Positions 11,996-24,221 of a stretch of DNA of 64,000 nucleotides are shown in pieces; position 1 is the first letter of the stretch; each line of letters starts with the position of its first letter. Under the pieces are notes generated by a model. That model was not told the DNA's origin. It worked only from the letters and a program-made list of their open reading frames with translations, and did no database searches. The position numbers were made by a program, and so were the translations under genes. The stretch is from assembly GCA_046563655.1 (NCBI GenBank), contig CM102285.1, positions 9,052,001 to 9,116,000 of the forward strand, given 5' to 3'. The stretch is from Yuukianura sp. NJ FZ-2021 (taxonomy: Eukaryota).

Positions 11996-14900
11996 ATGGG
12001 TGAATTCGATGCTCCAGATGAGGTATGTCGCTTTCAAATTCCAATTTTCATAGTATAAAGCACAGCGTATTGATTTTGAGTTTTTCGAATTTTTTTAATA
12101 GTTTAATAGTAATTAACTTTTCAAACCTTAATTATTTCTGATACATGCAGAGACTTAAGTACGAACTCTCCCAAAAAAAATGATACGACTGTTGTTCTAC
12201 TTTCTAAAATTGTTGACTGCTGCAAAAGTGTTAAACTTGTGAAGAAAATAAGTAAAAAATGGTTAAGGTGTTGCGTGAAATGATGCTGTGAAAGTGGTTT
12301 CGTTTTGAAAGCATGTCAGAAATGTTATGGTAAGAAAAAGACGTCAGAAAAAGATGAGCGTAACCTGCTGTTGCTTTTCAAAATTTGACTTTTTCCACTT
12401 GGTATACAAGTTCTGTGAACTCTGGGAGGTATTTTTTTTATACTATTCAGAAGGAAGCGGTTGAGGAAGAGTGAATACAAGCGTAACTGAAGCTATCTCC
12501 ATGGTTGAAATGTTTAGATTTTGGGAATCTCTGCCAGACTTTACAACTTGACAAGTTCCAGCTGCCAAAATCTAGGCGTGGATTTCTTTTGCAGTCAAAA
12601 TTTTGCACACACTCGTTTCCTCCTTTTCTTTCTACTTTCTGTTTCTGTGAAAAATGTCAAAAACGCCTCATTCTTTCGAAATAGCGAAGACTGGTAATTA
12701 CTGGCACCATTCTGAAGTGAATTAAATTGTTCAAAACATTCAAATTCCGAATTCTTGGTTTCAAAATTTCAAAATTTAAAAAAAAAACCTAAAAACTAAA
12801 GAACTTGATAAAACTTTGTGAATTTAAAAGTGAAAAAAAAATTGTTTGCTATTGGCATAGCGTGGATTGTGTGCGTAAACACTTTTAAAAGGCAAACCCA
12901 GGTTCTTCCCATTTTGGCCAAAATGCTTTCTCCTTTTTTTACCAAAAAAATTGCTGGAAAGTGTGGGAAATCTAGAATTTCCAGTTGGAAATATCATATA
13001 GGTTTCACCTCTATTCTCTTACGACGCATTTCCTGGGATTTTTCCGTTTCCAAGACTTTCCTTAGTCCTGATCCCATTTCCTAGCACTTCCAACTTACCC
13101 CGTTTTCCATACCTCAGGTTCACTTTGCTTTCACTACTTCTAGCATTTGGACTCTCTTTATTGAGCCGTGAAAGAACTTATAGGTAGAAGGGAAATCATC
13201 CTAGCATCCGGAAATAAACCTCCTCAAATACCACAAAACCCTGCACTAGCACATATTCCTCAGTGGAGAAAGTTAGAGAAAGGTCAAACGGAAACTACGT
13301 AGGATTCAACAAACCGTAGAGGTTTCACGCACATTCTGAGTGATTCTAAATCTATTTTAATATCATTCTGTCCAAGATAGCGAAGAGTTATGATTTGGGT
13401 TAGAGTCTATTACGCAATTTGTGGGTTCTGTGAAAAGTAAAAGTTGAACTTTCACCTGTTTCTTGTAGTAGTAAATCCTGTTAAAATACCTGGAGAAGAA
13501 TACAACTGAAGCAACCGCAAGGGAATTCTCAATTCCCAGCCACTCATTCCATCACTTACAGTCGGGAAAACCTTCTCCCTTCAACGAGTCCATATCTTAA
13601 CGTTAGTCCAGGAATCGAAAGTGTAATCAGGAAGTCTAACGACTTGGGATATGGGTTTTATTGCACCCTTTATCTTCAGACAATGGACTTTAGTTCCTGA
13701 AAAAAAATTCTCAGAGCTTCGTAGCAAAAGTCTGAAACTACGTCAAACCAAGCCATACGCTATTAGTTAACATAGAATGTTCATAGGAGATCTAAGGAAA
13801 AAATTGAGAATTTTGCTACTGCGAGAGGGTTTCACAAAAATGAAAAATGAAACTTCATTTCGCTTCTAAATTTTATAATTACGATACTTTCACTAAAAGT
13901 TACATTCTTTGAAGAACGAGATTTCAATTTTTTGGTACGCTCTTGGGAAAGTCTGAAAAGACTTTATAAACATCAAAGGCATTAATTTCAGGTTTCTTTT
14001 AATTTTTGAAAATTTCTTCTTTTGAATACAAAACTAGAAGCTTTTGACCCAAATTTTTTCCCCAAAATTATTAAGCTCTTTCCTCATCTTTGGTAAAGTG
14101 GACTGGAGATTTCAGAATTCAATTCATCAACTGCTAAAATTAATTTCAAAATTCATCTGCGATGTCCCACTTTTGAGGAATCTGCTAATGACATCCGAGT
14201 TTTCTTTTGTTTTTCAGGAACTAGTGGCAGCCACTCCGAGTCAGAAAAACTGGGCTGGGATTGTGATTTCCCTGTTTGTCATCTGTGCAGTCTGTGGCCT
14301 CATTCTCTTTTCCATCTACCTCCTTCGTCCTCCAGACGAAGGGCCCAGGGTCAAAGGCAGAAAAGTCAACCTCAATGACACCACGACGGGACACTTCAAA
14401 GTCCCGCCCTTCAATGGCTCTTGGATTTCGGGTGAGTACCCTCTTGACACATTTACACGATATTCTTGTGTGCCAGAAATTCCAGGACTCTCGTGGACGG
14501 TCACACATATGCTACCAACATGTTTAAGACCCAACCGAGTGGGTGTTCTTACGAACTACAAAGCAATTCTACGAACTACAAAGAATAACATAATAATTCT
14601 AAAATCTTAATATGAAACGGTTCATATGGGACCGTTCGTAAGTGTCAGGCTATGGCATCAGCCGTGACAAAGTGAAAAGATAGCAACAGACGTCGGTTAC
14701 TTTTCTCCAGCCACTCCAAAACTAAAATGCTTTCGTTGTTCAGTCATGTTGTGGTAAACAACGTGAAAACTTCGTTTGGCCACAAGGGCTTTCGAGTTTC
14801 AATTTCGCGGGAAAAGGAACACCAAGTGAAAGCGACACTTTCACTTTGCATGGAAATGTGTGTAGTAGAGTAACAAATGTCTTTTAAATTACACGTAGTA

Positions 14901-17900
14901 ACAGCTGTAAAACACGCTCAACCTCAAACCCACTACTCTACACTTTACTTTCCACTTTCTCCTTTTCATCAGTGTTCTCACCCAGCGGAAAACCGGAGTT
15001 TAGAGTTTACAGTACGAGAGTTGGCAGATTTTGTCCCTCTTCCTTTCTCGACATTATTATAAAAAATAGTGGAAAATTTTGTAAAGAAAATTGGTCAAGA
15101 GAAAAAAGGAAATAAAAAAAAAGAGCTAACAAGCCGAGCAAAGTTTTGTTGTCTCTTGTTATCTGTGATACAGCAGTGTAATAAATTGGCGTGACATCAA
15201 TTGAGCACAAAACAGCCCAACTAACGACATGTTGCGTTTGAAACAGACGGAAGTGATTTACTGCTAGATGAAAGACATGTTTGTTTTCGAATCTTTCATA
15301 TTTTTTGAAATTTACTTTGTCATACGCAGAGAATGAGCTGATCTTCCGTGATTATTTGGGCGGTCTTTCAATTCTGAATGCGGACTCCCTCCTGTCTCGC
15401 CCCTTTGTGTCAAATTCAACATTTGTAAGTTCTATTTCTAGCGTTCTTTTCATCTTCTTTTCCGTTTTTCCAAGGGCTCAGAGGAATAGACAAGAGACGT
15501 GAATCTTCGAAGAGGAGGAAGTGCTCTTATGATAAATTGAATCCATAGTGAAAGCGAAGGGAAAAAGTAATTTACGTTAATTGAAAAAGACTTAGGAGCT
15601 CAAAGGGTTGTGACAGGAGCCTTTTTATATTTTAATTTGGGAATAACTGGGAAGGCTTCACGTCATGTTTTTCCAAGAACCTCGAAAAAGGTGCTATTAG
15701 TGTCAGGAAGAAGGTTTTCAAAAGCTTTTGAAGCCTAGAAAAACCAACTTTTCATAGCAAATTAAATCATTTTTTTTTACTGTAGTTAGACAAAATTGGG
15801 AGGTGAAAGTTAGTACTTTTTCTGGGTTTTCTGTTCTAAAAAATGTTGTAATCGGAACAATGTTTTTTTTCTTTTCTTTTTTAATTTTTTTTTACAGAGA
15901 CGACTGGATGCCGACGTCTACTCGGTTTCGCCAGATCGTCAATTTATTCTTTTTAGTCATGAAGTGAAACCTGTTTGGGAGTTTTCACATCTTGCCAAAT
16001 TTACAGTCGACGACATAGAAAATGGGTAACACTTTTAACTTTCTCTGCTTTTTCGTGTTATCGAATGTGGATTCTGTGCTTTCAGTTTCAACGGTATTTT
16101 CAAAATTACAAAACACCAGAAATTGAGTCTGCACAAGCAGTCGAAAAAAAAGTTTGGTTGAAAAAATTCAAAAAAAAAAATTGCTGGTGGGCTTTGAAAA
16201 ATTTGAAATGCAAAAGATTTACATGGCAAAAAGAAATGGGCTGATAACATACATGTACTGAAATGATGAAAATATGGAAACTTTCTTTTTCGTTTTTTAA
16301 AAGTCAAATGCGGCAATCAGTCATTCAACGCGCTTGTACTATTTTTTTTCTAGTAATTCTCCACATCTTTTGACATGTAAATTTGTTTGTATTTATATAT
16401 TTGGTTTCACTCTAGGCATCCATGTCCTCTGACCCCGTTTCCAACGCAGTGTAGACTAGATGACCCGGATCAGCCCAAGTTACAACATGCCGAATGGGGA
16501 CCAACTGGAAACTCTCTGGTGCTCGTCTACGAAAACGATATTTACTACAGAGCCAATGCACGGGACAATACAACAAGAAGGATTACACAATCCGGGCAAC
16601 CGGGCATCTTCTTCAACGGCATTCCAGATTGGATCTACGAAGGTAAAGAAAACTTGCAACTTTCCCAGCATAATTCGGCAACTTCAAATTTAAGTAGCGT
16701 CGAGAGGGCGGGGTCTTTAGCATAATTTTTTAATTTTCGTCAAGAACGTTAACGTTCCTTAGTTATTGCTCCAGAGCATAATAATAACCTTTAGTGCCAT
16801 AAGCATTCGACAGGAGACATATTTCATTTTGATGGTTCGTACCATATGCCTCACTACTTTTCAAATGGATCAGAGACGGAAAAGATGTGAACAGCCTGTG
16901 CTGCCTAAATGGATATTAAAGAACCTGTCAAAGACAAGCGTCACCCTACGTCCTGTCTCTCAAAAAACTAATTCGTGTCATAGTGTTTTCATGGCCTGTC
17001 TCTTATTTCTAACCTAAACCTAATGTATTTTTCAGTTGAGATCCTCAAATCAAATAAGGCCCTGTGGCTGAGTCCTACAGGCGAAACGCTACTCTACGCC
17101 TCTTTCGATGACACAGAAGTCGGAGAGGTCATTTATCCATGGTATGCTGACAACAACCCCTACCCGCTGCTTAGAAGACTCAGATATCCTAAGGTACTTG
17201 GTCCATTTTATGTGTGTCACTTTATGTGTAGCTATAAATTTTACAGCCGAAATTATTGGCACAATTGAGGCCAAGCTGTCAGCCTAAGCTAAAGTATCGA
17301 CAGAAGCTTAATAACCTGGGGAAAGTTGTTTACCAAGTCCCTGATGACCACTACACTTATGATGTTAGCAGAAAAGAGTTATAATGTAGGAGTTCTTAAG
17401 CTTAAGTGTTCTTTGTTCCTGTCTAAAAGACAATGAAAGCTGCTCCAATCAAGTTAATGGTTCTCGGGAGACTAGGAGAAAGTTTCAAAAGCACGTCCTT
17501 ACTTCTGTTTTCCTTATTTCCACTTACTGCTCGACTTAACAATCCCATTTCAAACTATTTTATCAACAACTGCCAGCAGCTCAGACTTACTTTCTCCACC
17601 TACATTCCAAATGAGAAAACAAACTTTGGAAAGAAACCCATTTTGTTCAAATTGTTCTTTCAAATCCATTACTCACCCGAGGCTAATGGTCAGACTAATC
17701 CAAAATTCAAACTTTCTCTTTCCAAAGAAAGTTAGGTTTTTCTAAACAAAAGAGAGATTAGCAGGCTTAAATTTTTCACAGCGCCAAAATGTTAACCTTA
17801 GCTCATGATTTCAACGAATCCAGAACTACTGCTAAAAGCTGATTTGGCTTGAACAAAGTCACGAAAAGCTCTTACTTATTGATAATTATTTTAAAATATG

Positions 17901-20900
17901 TATAATTAAAATGTGTATTAAAACACTGTTTGAATGCGACATTGGTGATTCTTTTTAGGCGGGAACGGTCAATCCTGTAGTCAAACTCTGGACAGTCAAC
18001 TTGACCGACCAAGATGCAAAACCTATGGTTATAAATCCTCCAACAGAATTGGAATCCATGTAAGACTATAGTAAAACTTTAGAAGACAGAAATCTTTCTG
18101 GCTAAAGTTACTGAACCTCATTCAATTTCAAAAATCTATGTTCACAATTGTTGACAATTTCAGCGACCATTACATGACTACCGTTGAATGGGTAGATAGT
18201 ATCCATGTTTCCATTGTGTGGATGAACCGAGAACAAAACTTGTCCATCATTTCCCTCTGCACGCTCAAGGGCAATGTTTGGAACTGTCAAAAGGTAAGTT
18301 TCATTTTTCAAAAGTTGTTGTTTTTAGTTGTGCTAGGTATTGCGTATGAAATTTGAGTGAAAGCAGAAAGAACAGAGTAACTTTGATTCCGAAGATTAAC
18401 AAAAATTGGAATGGATTCAATTCCGCATTGGAGTTGCGGATAAAGCCGTAGGTTACGTGCATTATTTAATTGGTTTTCTATTCAATTACAGGTTTATAAG
18501 CTGAGCGTTAAGCCACAGGGAAGTGGTTGGCTCGAATTTCCACCACCGCCCATCTACTCTGCCAATCTATCGAGCTGTCTCCTCAGAATTCCCTGGAGAG
18601 ATGGTGGAACTGGCTACTTTTCCCACATCGTCTGGATGGATCTGTCCACTTTCAGGGAAGTTCCAATCACGCAGGGGCCCTTTGAAGTCACTCAGATCTC
18701 AGCCTGGGATCAAATCAACCACTTCATGTAACTCCAAAGTTGCATAATTCATTTAAAAGTCTGTTTAGAATTTCATAGCTTCAACTTTCTCCTCGATGAA
18801 AAGTGAAAACATTTTTTCAGAGTTACGTAGAGTTCATGCAGCGCAGTAGCTTTGTTTCCTGTAGTTTTATAGCGAGTTTGTGCATGAACTATTTAAAAGT
18901 AATAAGATGTCTAAATATTGACATTTTAATGCCAAATGAAAGTTGTGCGCCTAATGGAGCTGAAGTCCATTTGCCAAATGAGGCTTGCCTCTATAATTTC
19001 AATTTTGAAACAGAATTTCAGGAGTTGCAGAATTTCCATAGGCTAGACTGAAATTTTTTTTGTATGTTTTTGACCAGATACTTCCTTGGCGTTCCGCCTG
19101 GAAGGGCTGGAGAGCGGCATCTGTACAGAACGACAGAGAAAGCCTTCAATTCCACAACCGTCACATCTCCTGTCTGCTTAACCTGTCCTCTGACCAACAG
19201 CCGCCTCCGCCATTCCAATCCATTTCAGCCCCACAATCTGATCCTAACAGACAACGGAGGATCAGCAGGCGGAGAAAGCTATCCGAACTCCACACTCCCT
19301 TACTCGGATTGGATCGGTCGAAAATCCACAGATCATTTCCATAAGTCCTCACTTTGTTTGTACAACCAAGTCACTTTCAGCCCCAAAAACACTTTCTTCG
19401 TCCGAGAATGCTTGGGACCGGGCGTTCCAGCTGATATGCTTCATGCTGCTCCTTCAGGTCAACTCCTGTTCATTCTCAACAACAACACTGCGATGCGGCA
19501 AGAAGTGGCGGATTTGGGCCTTCCGCTCGTCCGAACGTTTCCGGTTGAAGTGCCGGGCAAGTATCACGCTCCCGTCCGACTCTTCCTACCGCCAGGATTT
19601 CGGGAAGATGAAGATTTCAAGTTTCCGTTTATACTTCATGTGTAAGTCAAATTTTCAGAACTTATTGTTAAATGGACGTCTGCTTAGTCAGAAATTTTGA
19701 AAACGCCTAATGCCCGGCAAATGGTAGACGTCCAGCTCTCGTACTTTCGCTTACAAAAAAAATTTGGATACTCTATTTTGGTTCAAAAATCTCGCTTTTA
19801 TAAGTCTCAATTTTTGACATCGCAGAGAATTGAAAACCCGTCAGAATAACTTTCTTTCTACCAAAGTAAACTTTTTAAAATGTTTTCAAAGATTTTGAAT
19901 TGCGATGTGTGAATCGCTTGAAAACTTTTCTTTCCACTTCTCAACTTTCTCCTGAGTTCTAACTTTCTTTTCAAATCTTTCGTTTTCAAAAGTAACTCTT
20001 TAGAAAAACTACTGCCTTTTCTATAGATTTAATTTCAAGTTCCTGAGATCCGATCTGATGGATTCTCATGAAATTCCCACTTTCTCTCGCTCAACTTTTC
20101 TCCTTTTGGATCTGATTTCTATATGTCATATCCTAACTTTTGAACTTTTCTTTTTGTTTTGATAGGGCTGGAGGCCCAGGGTCTCAAATTGTAACTGAAA
20201 AGTGGAGCATATCCTGGTCGTCGTATCTTACGAGTCAAAAGAACTTTATCGTGGCAGAGATTGATGGAAGGGGGACTGGAGGGCAGGGAGAGTCCCTTCG
20301 ACATTCCGTCTACAGGAAATTAGGAACTGTAGTCATCGAAGATCAACTGGAAGTTGTGAGGTGAGCTAACTTTGTTATTGGAAGTGAAAAAGCACCACGC
20401 CCCAAATTCTCATTTCAACACGCGCTTAATCCTCCTTTAGTTCCCCCAAATTGAATTCCCTTGAGCCACATATCTTTGTTGTGCAATTTTTTAGAAAATC
20501 CAATTTAGCCTGAAAGTTTCTAAAAGCGTCTCCAACAAAAGATTAGCCAAAGAACCTATTTTCTATGAAACTCTAAATTCCTATTTGATTACAACCTTAA
20601 CCGTGCCTAACCACGTAACTTTCACTTTTTCCTTCCAGGTACCTGAGAGATCAGTTGAAGTTTATTGACAGTGAAAACATGGCGGTCTATGGACATGGAT
20701 ATGGAGGTTACGCTGCTCTTCTGACTTTAGCTGCCGATACGACCGGAATCTTTCGTTCAGGAATTGCAGTTTCTCCTATAACAAAATGGGAATTCTACAG
20801 TAAGTTGATTTTCAAAGTAACTTAACCTCATGAGCAAAAAAAAATTCTCATTCTATACGCAAAGCCAGCGAAAACTGAAAAGCTTGAAAAAGCGTCCACC

Positions 20901-22042
20901 ACGAACGTTTCGAAATTGCTTTGCTGGAAACAGAATTAGGTTTAGATAAGTTATGTAAAACAGGAGGAGGTGGAGGCTTACAATTGCTTTCTCCGAAAGC
21001 AGTTTGAACAAGATTTGGTTTTAAAACGTGCCCCGCAGTTGTGGGAGGAAACCAAAGGGAAAGTTTTGACTTTGAGAAACTCTTGTCTCGAGTGGTCTCG
21101 AAGATTTAAGTATGGAATTTTGCCATTGGCTACCATTCGGTACGGAGTTTGTTCCAGGACCGCCACATTTTCTTAGGAACAGAGTTTGAAAAGTTTAGAA
21201 TGAAATTAGTGAGGCGAGAAACTAACTTTTAACTTTCTTCTTTCTCTTCACAGAAATTTATTTCTCAATTTCCAAAACTATTCCAATCTTCGGTCTGAAA
21301 ATTCTTCTCCACATTCGAAGTTTTTAAAATTCATTCCTCCTTTCAGTGGAATGTGCTTTATTGAAATGTTAACATCTTTCAGTTTTGACTTAATTTCGAA
21401 TTTTCATTTTATCGATTTTTTATATAAATCTTTGATAAAATTATGAAGAGAAAACAGACAATTTTGGAATGCTTGCTAGATTCAGGGACTTCTAAACCTA
21501 AATTAACCTAAGAATTAGCAACAGGATGGATGCTAAATTTTGAGAAAACTTCGGCTGGGTGTAAAATGCGGATTTTGAAAATATTTGTTAAATTTTAATT
21601 GCAGATTCCGCGTACACGGAACGAATCATGGCGCTGCCGAATAGTACCGATAACTTTCGGCGCTACGAGGATGGTGACGTGACTGGTGTGGTGAAGCAGC
21701 TTCACAATAGGAACGTATCATTACTTATCATTCATGGGACAGCAGACGAGAAAGTTCACTACCAACACACACTCCACTTAACAAAGGCTCTCATCAGAGC
21801 ACAAGTTCCTTTTGTAGAACAAGTAAGTTTTCACCAACTAATTGGATTTACCAAAAACTTTCTCCCACGCTATACGATTTCTTTGAAATTCCCCTCTCCA
21901 GGTCTATCCAGATGAGGGTCATGAACTATCCGGTGTAGTGGATCATCTGTACACCACTATGGAAACATTCCTGGACAGAAACTTTGATCCTATGAACTGG
22001 GAGGATTGGGACAAGGCCAACTTCCTAGGAACCAAGCCATAG
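11996..22042 (+). CDS. DPP10: Inactive dipeptidyl peptidase (DPP6/DPP10-like, S9B family pseudo-enzyme), 14 coding exons, ~864 aa
   Basis: Exons 11996-12022, 14218-14431, 15330-15424, 15898-16025, 16416-16642, 17036-17193, 17959-18059, 18164-18293, 18492-18727, 19078-19641, 20166-20360, 20639-20799, 21605-21822, 21902-22042 join in frame (2595 nt). Type II TM after KNWAG; FNGIPDWIYE, LRYPKAG, IDGRGTG, HGTAD and YPDEGH are present, but the nucleophile motif reads GHGYGG. The symbol denotes family likeness, not proven orthology. Confidence 0.9.
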
Positions 22043-23003
22043 ACACTTGCGTATTAGTTCTAGTTTGGACGAAATCGAAGAAATCATAAGTCTATTTAAG
22101 TTTATACTTTGTGCTAAATGTTATTATGATGTTATATATGTGCAAAGGGAACACTAGATTTCTTGAGCTGGCGCTATTACTGTAGTAAGTAAATCTGTTA
22201 TGAACAGATATTGAATTGGTTGAATAGATTCTCTAAAAATGTAGAAACGGAGCTCAAAAAGTGTAGTGGGTGCTTGGGAAAGAAAGTTAACTTTCACCCA
22301 AATTCTAGTCAGCCAATAGCTACTGTTACTGTTAGCTTTGCCGTTTACCCTGAGACTAACGAATGAACAATGCAACATTGAAAGCTAAAAGAAATAAGAT
22401 GAATATGTATTGAAATTCTGTGGGCTGCTACGAACTGTCGTACACTCCGCCCAACTTTGGTCTAGAAAGTTGGAATTCTCGCAGAAAAACAGCAATGTAG
22501 CATTGAATCCTGGCAGTGCGTTTTGTAATCCTTTACTTATTCGGCTGTGATATAGCATGTACTAATTTAGAAAGTCAATTAGTTGCGAAAAAGCTAACAC
22601 TTCAAGTGGTTAAAACTTGAGGTGAATCAAACAAAGCCAAACAAAAGCTGTTTTGTTCCTCGTTGAAATGTTAAGAAATTGACGTTAAGAAAAATGCATG
22701 AGAAAGCTAGTATAGCCTTTTGTGTTTTGAGGGAGAAAAGTCTAGAGTTAATGATTTCATCAATTCAGGTGCAAAATCCAGTGCAAAAGTGCAAATTTTT
22801 GTGGAAACGCTAGAGTTTAAGGCATGTTATGTGCAAAAATGAGGAAGCAAATAACAATCTGGAACTAGGATGAGGGTATCAGCCTACGAAAATATTTCAT
22901 CATTTGCCAACAACGCTTTCCCTTCGAGGGGATTATATCTAGCTCTAGTTTAGGAATTAGTTTAGCAAGAAATTAAAACATCCTGAAATCTCATGCTGAA
23001 ATA

Positions 23004-23235
23004 CAGGGAGGCTTAAAAGACTGCTAAGCACCGGAAGTTGATTTTTAATCGTGCTTTCAAGGTAATTGCTAATTAAAATCCAAAAAGTAAACGTATTGGC
23101 AGCATCTACAGCATGAACACGACCCAGGTTCGGCTAGTACATTAGATCTGAAAGTTTTGCAGTCCAGTACTTGTGAAAGCACGATTTAAAAATCAACTTC
23201 CGGTGAAAGCGTAGCAGCTTTTTTAGGCTTTTCTG
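23004..23235. mobile_element. MITE, Tc1/mariner-type (copy B), TA target-site duplication
   Basis: TA|CAG...CTG|TA ends (TA at 23002-3 and 23236-7). ~55-bp imperfect TIRs include CCGGAAGTTGATTTTTAATCGTGCTTTCA / TGAAAGCACGATTTAAAAATCAACTTCCGG. 232 bp, with internal words shared with copy A (TAATTAAAAT, ATCTACAGCA, GTCCAGT). Confidence 0.8.
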
Positions 23236-24221
23236 TACTGTTTTGATAGACTTCTTAAAATTTAAGTGCATTTTATAATATAAAGCAGCAGTGAAAAAAT
23301 TGACAAACAAATGGAGAAGCAAAACTACGATGTCCAACAGGTAGAAGATTTCAAAAGAAGGAAGATTTTTGAAAGGAGTTTAACTGGAAACTGAATTTAT
23401 TTTGATTCGAATCCAACTATAAGTAGTTTAGTTATAAGTTACTAGCGAGTGTTTAAATAAGACGAGTAATGGAATTAGGTAACAAGGCTAGAGATTTAGG
23501 TTACGTTGGGTTAATGTTGCTAAATGCTAACTATGCTAAAGGAAAACTACATTAATGGTAAACTACAATTAATAAACTGTAAACTACATCTTAAATGTTA
23601 CAGGAAAAACAACTTATACTGTACTTTGCTTTGTTCATTAAATGGAAAATGGAATTGGAAATATTAGAAAGGGCTAGAAATCCCAAGTTAACATTTTTAC
23701 TTACCTCGTCCATGCCAAAAAACAATGGATTTTCTAACGATTAGGTTGTTTTATAATCAATTGTCACAGCCACTCCTTCTGACGAAGACTTGTAAATCAG
23801 CTTACACTTTCTCTACAATTTGCTCAGTTATTAGATGAATTTGGTAGATATGTTAGGGTTGTGTTAAAATTTCTTAAAGCACAAGCACTGGGTCCAAATT
23901 GAAACTGGAACTGGACTTTTTAGAAGACAACATGAAGAATCACAACCATTGGAATGTATAAGTCAGACATATTGGACTTTGGATCCATAAGGATAATACA
24001 TTCCATGCAGTTTATAAGAGACACGAGAAGCTGAGGATCATGTGACATTTGACACTGGGACACAAGGAACGATTAGTTTAGTTGAAGATGGCTGGAAGAA
24101 CAATATGGAGGCAGGAAGGACAACACAGAACATGGACAACAATCCATTCTTCTAAATTTCTGCATTTTCATTTCAAAATTCCAGATTTCGGTTTTCATTG
24201 GAAGAATTTTGAAATTGGATT

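Noticed and set aside
14551..14584. Small tandem duplications (TACGAACTACAAAG x2; also ATCAATGTTAAGAAT x2 at ~39323)
   Set aside because: Ordinary slippage duplications. No spacer array, so not CRISPR-like.
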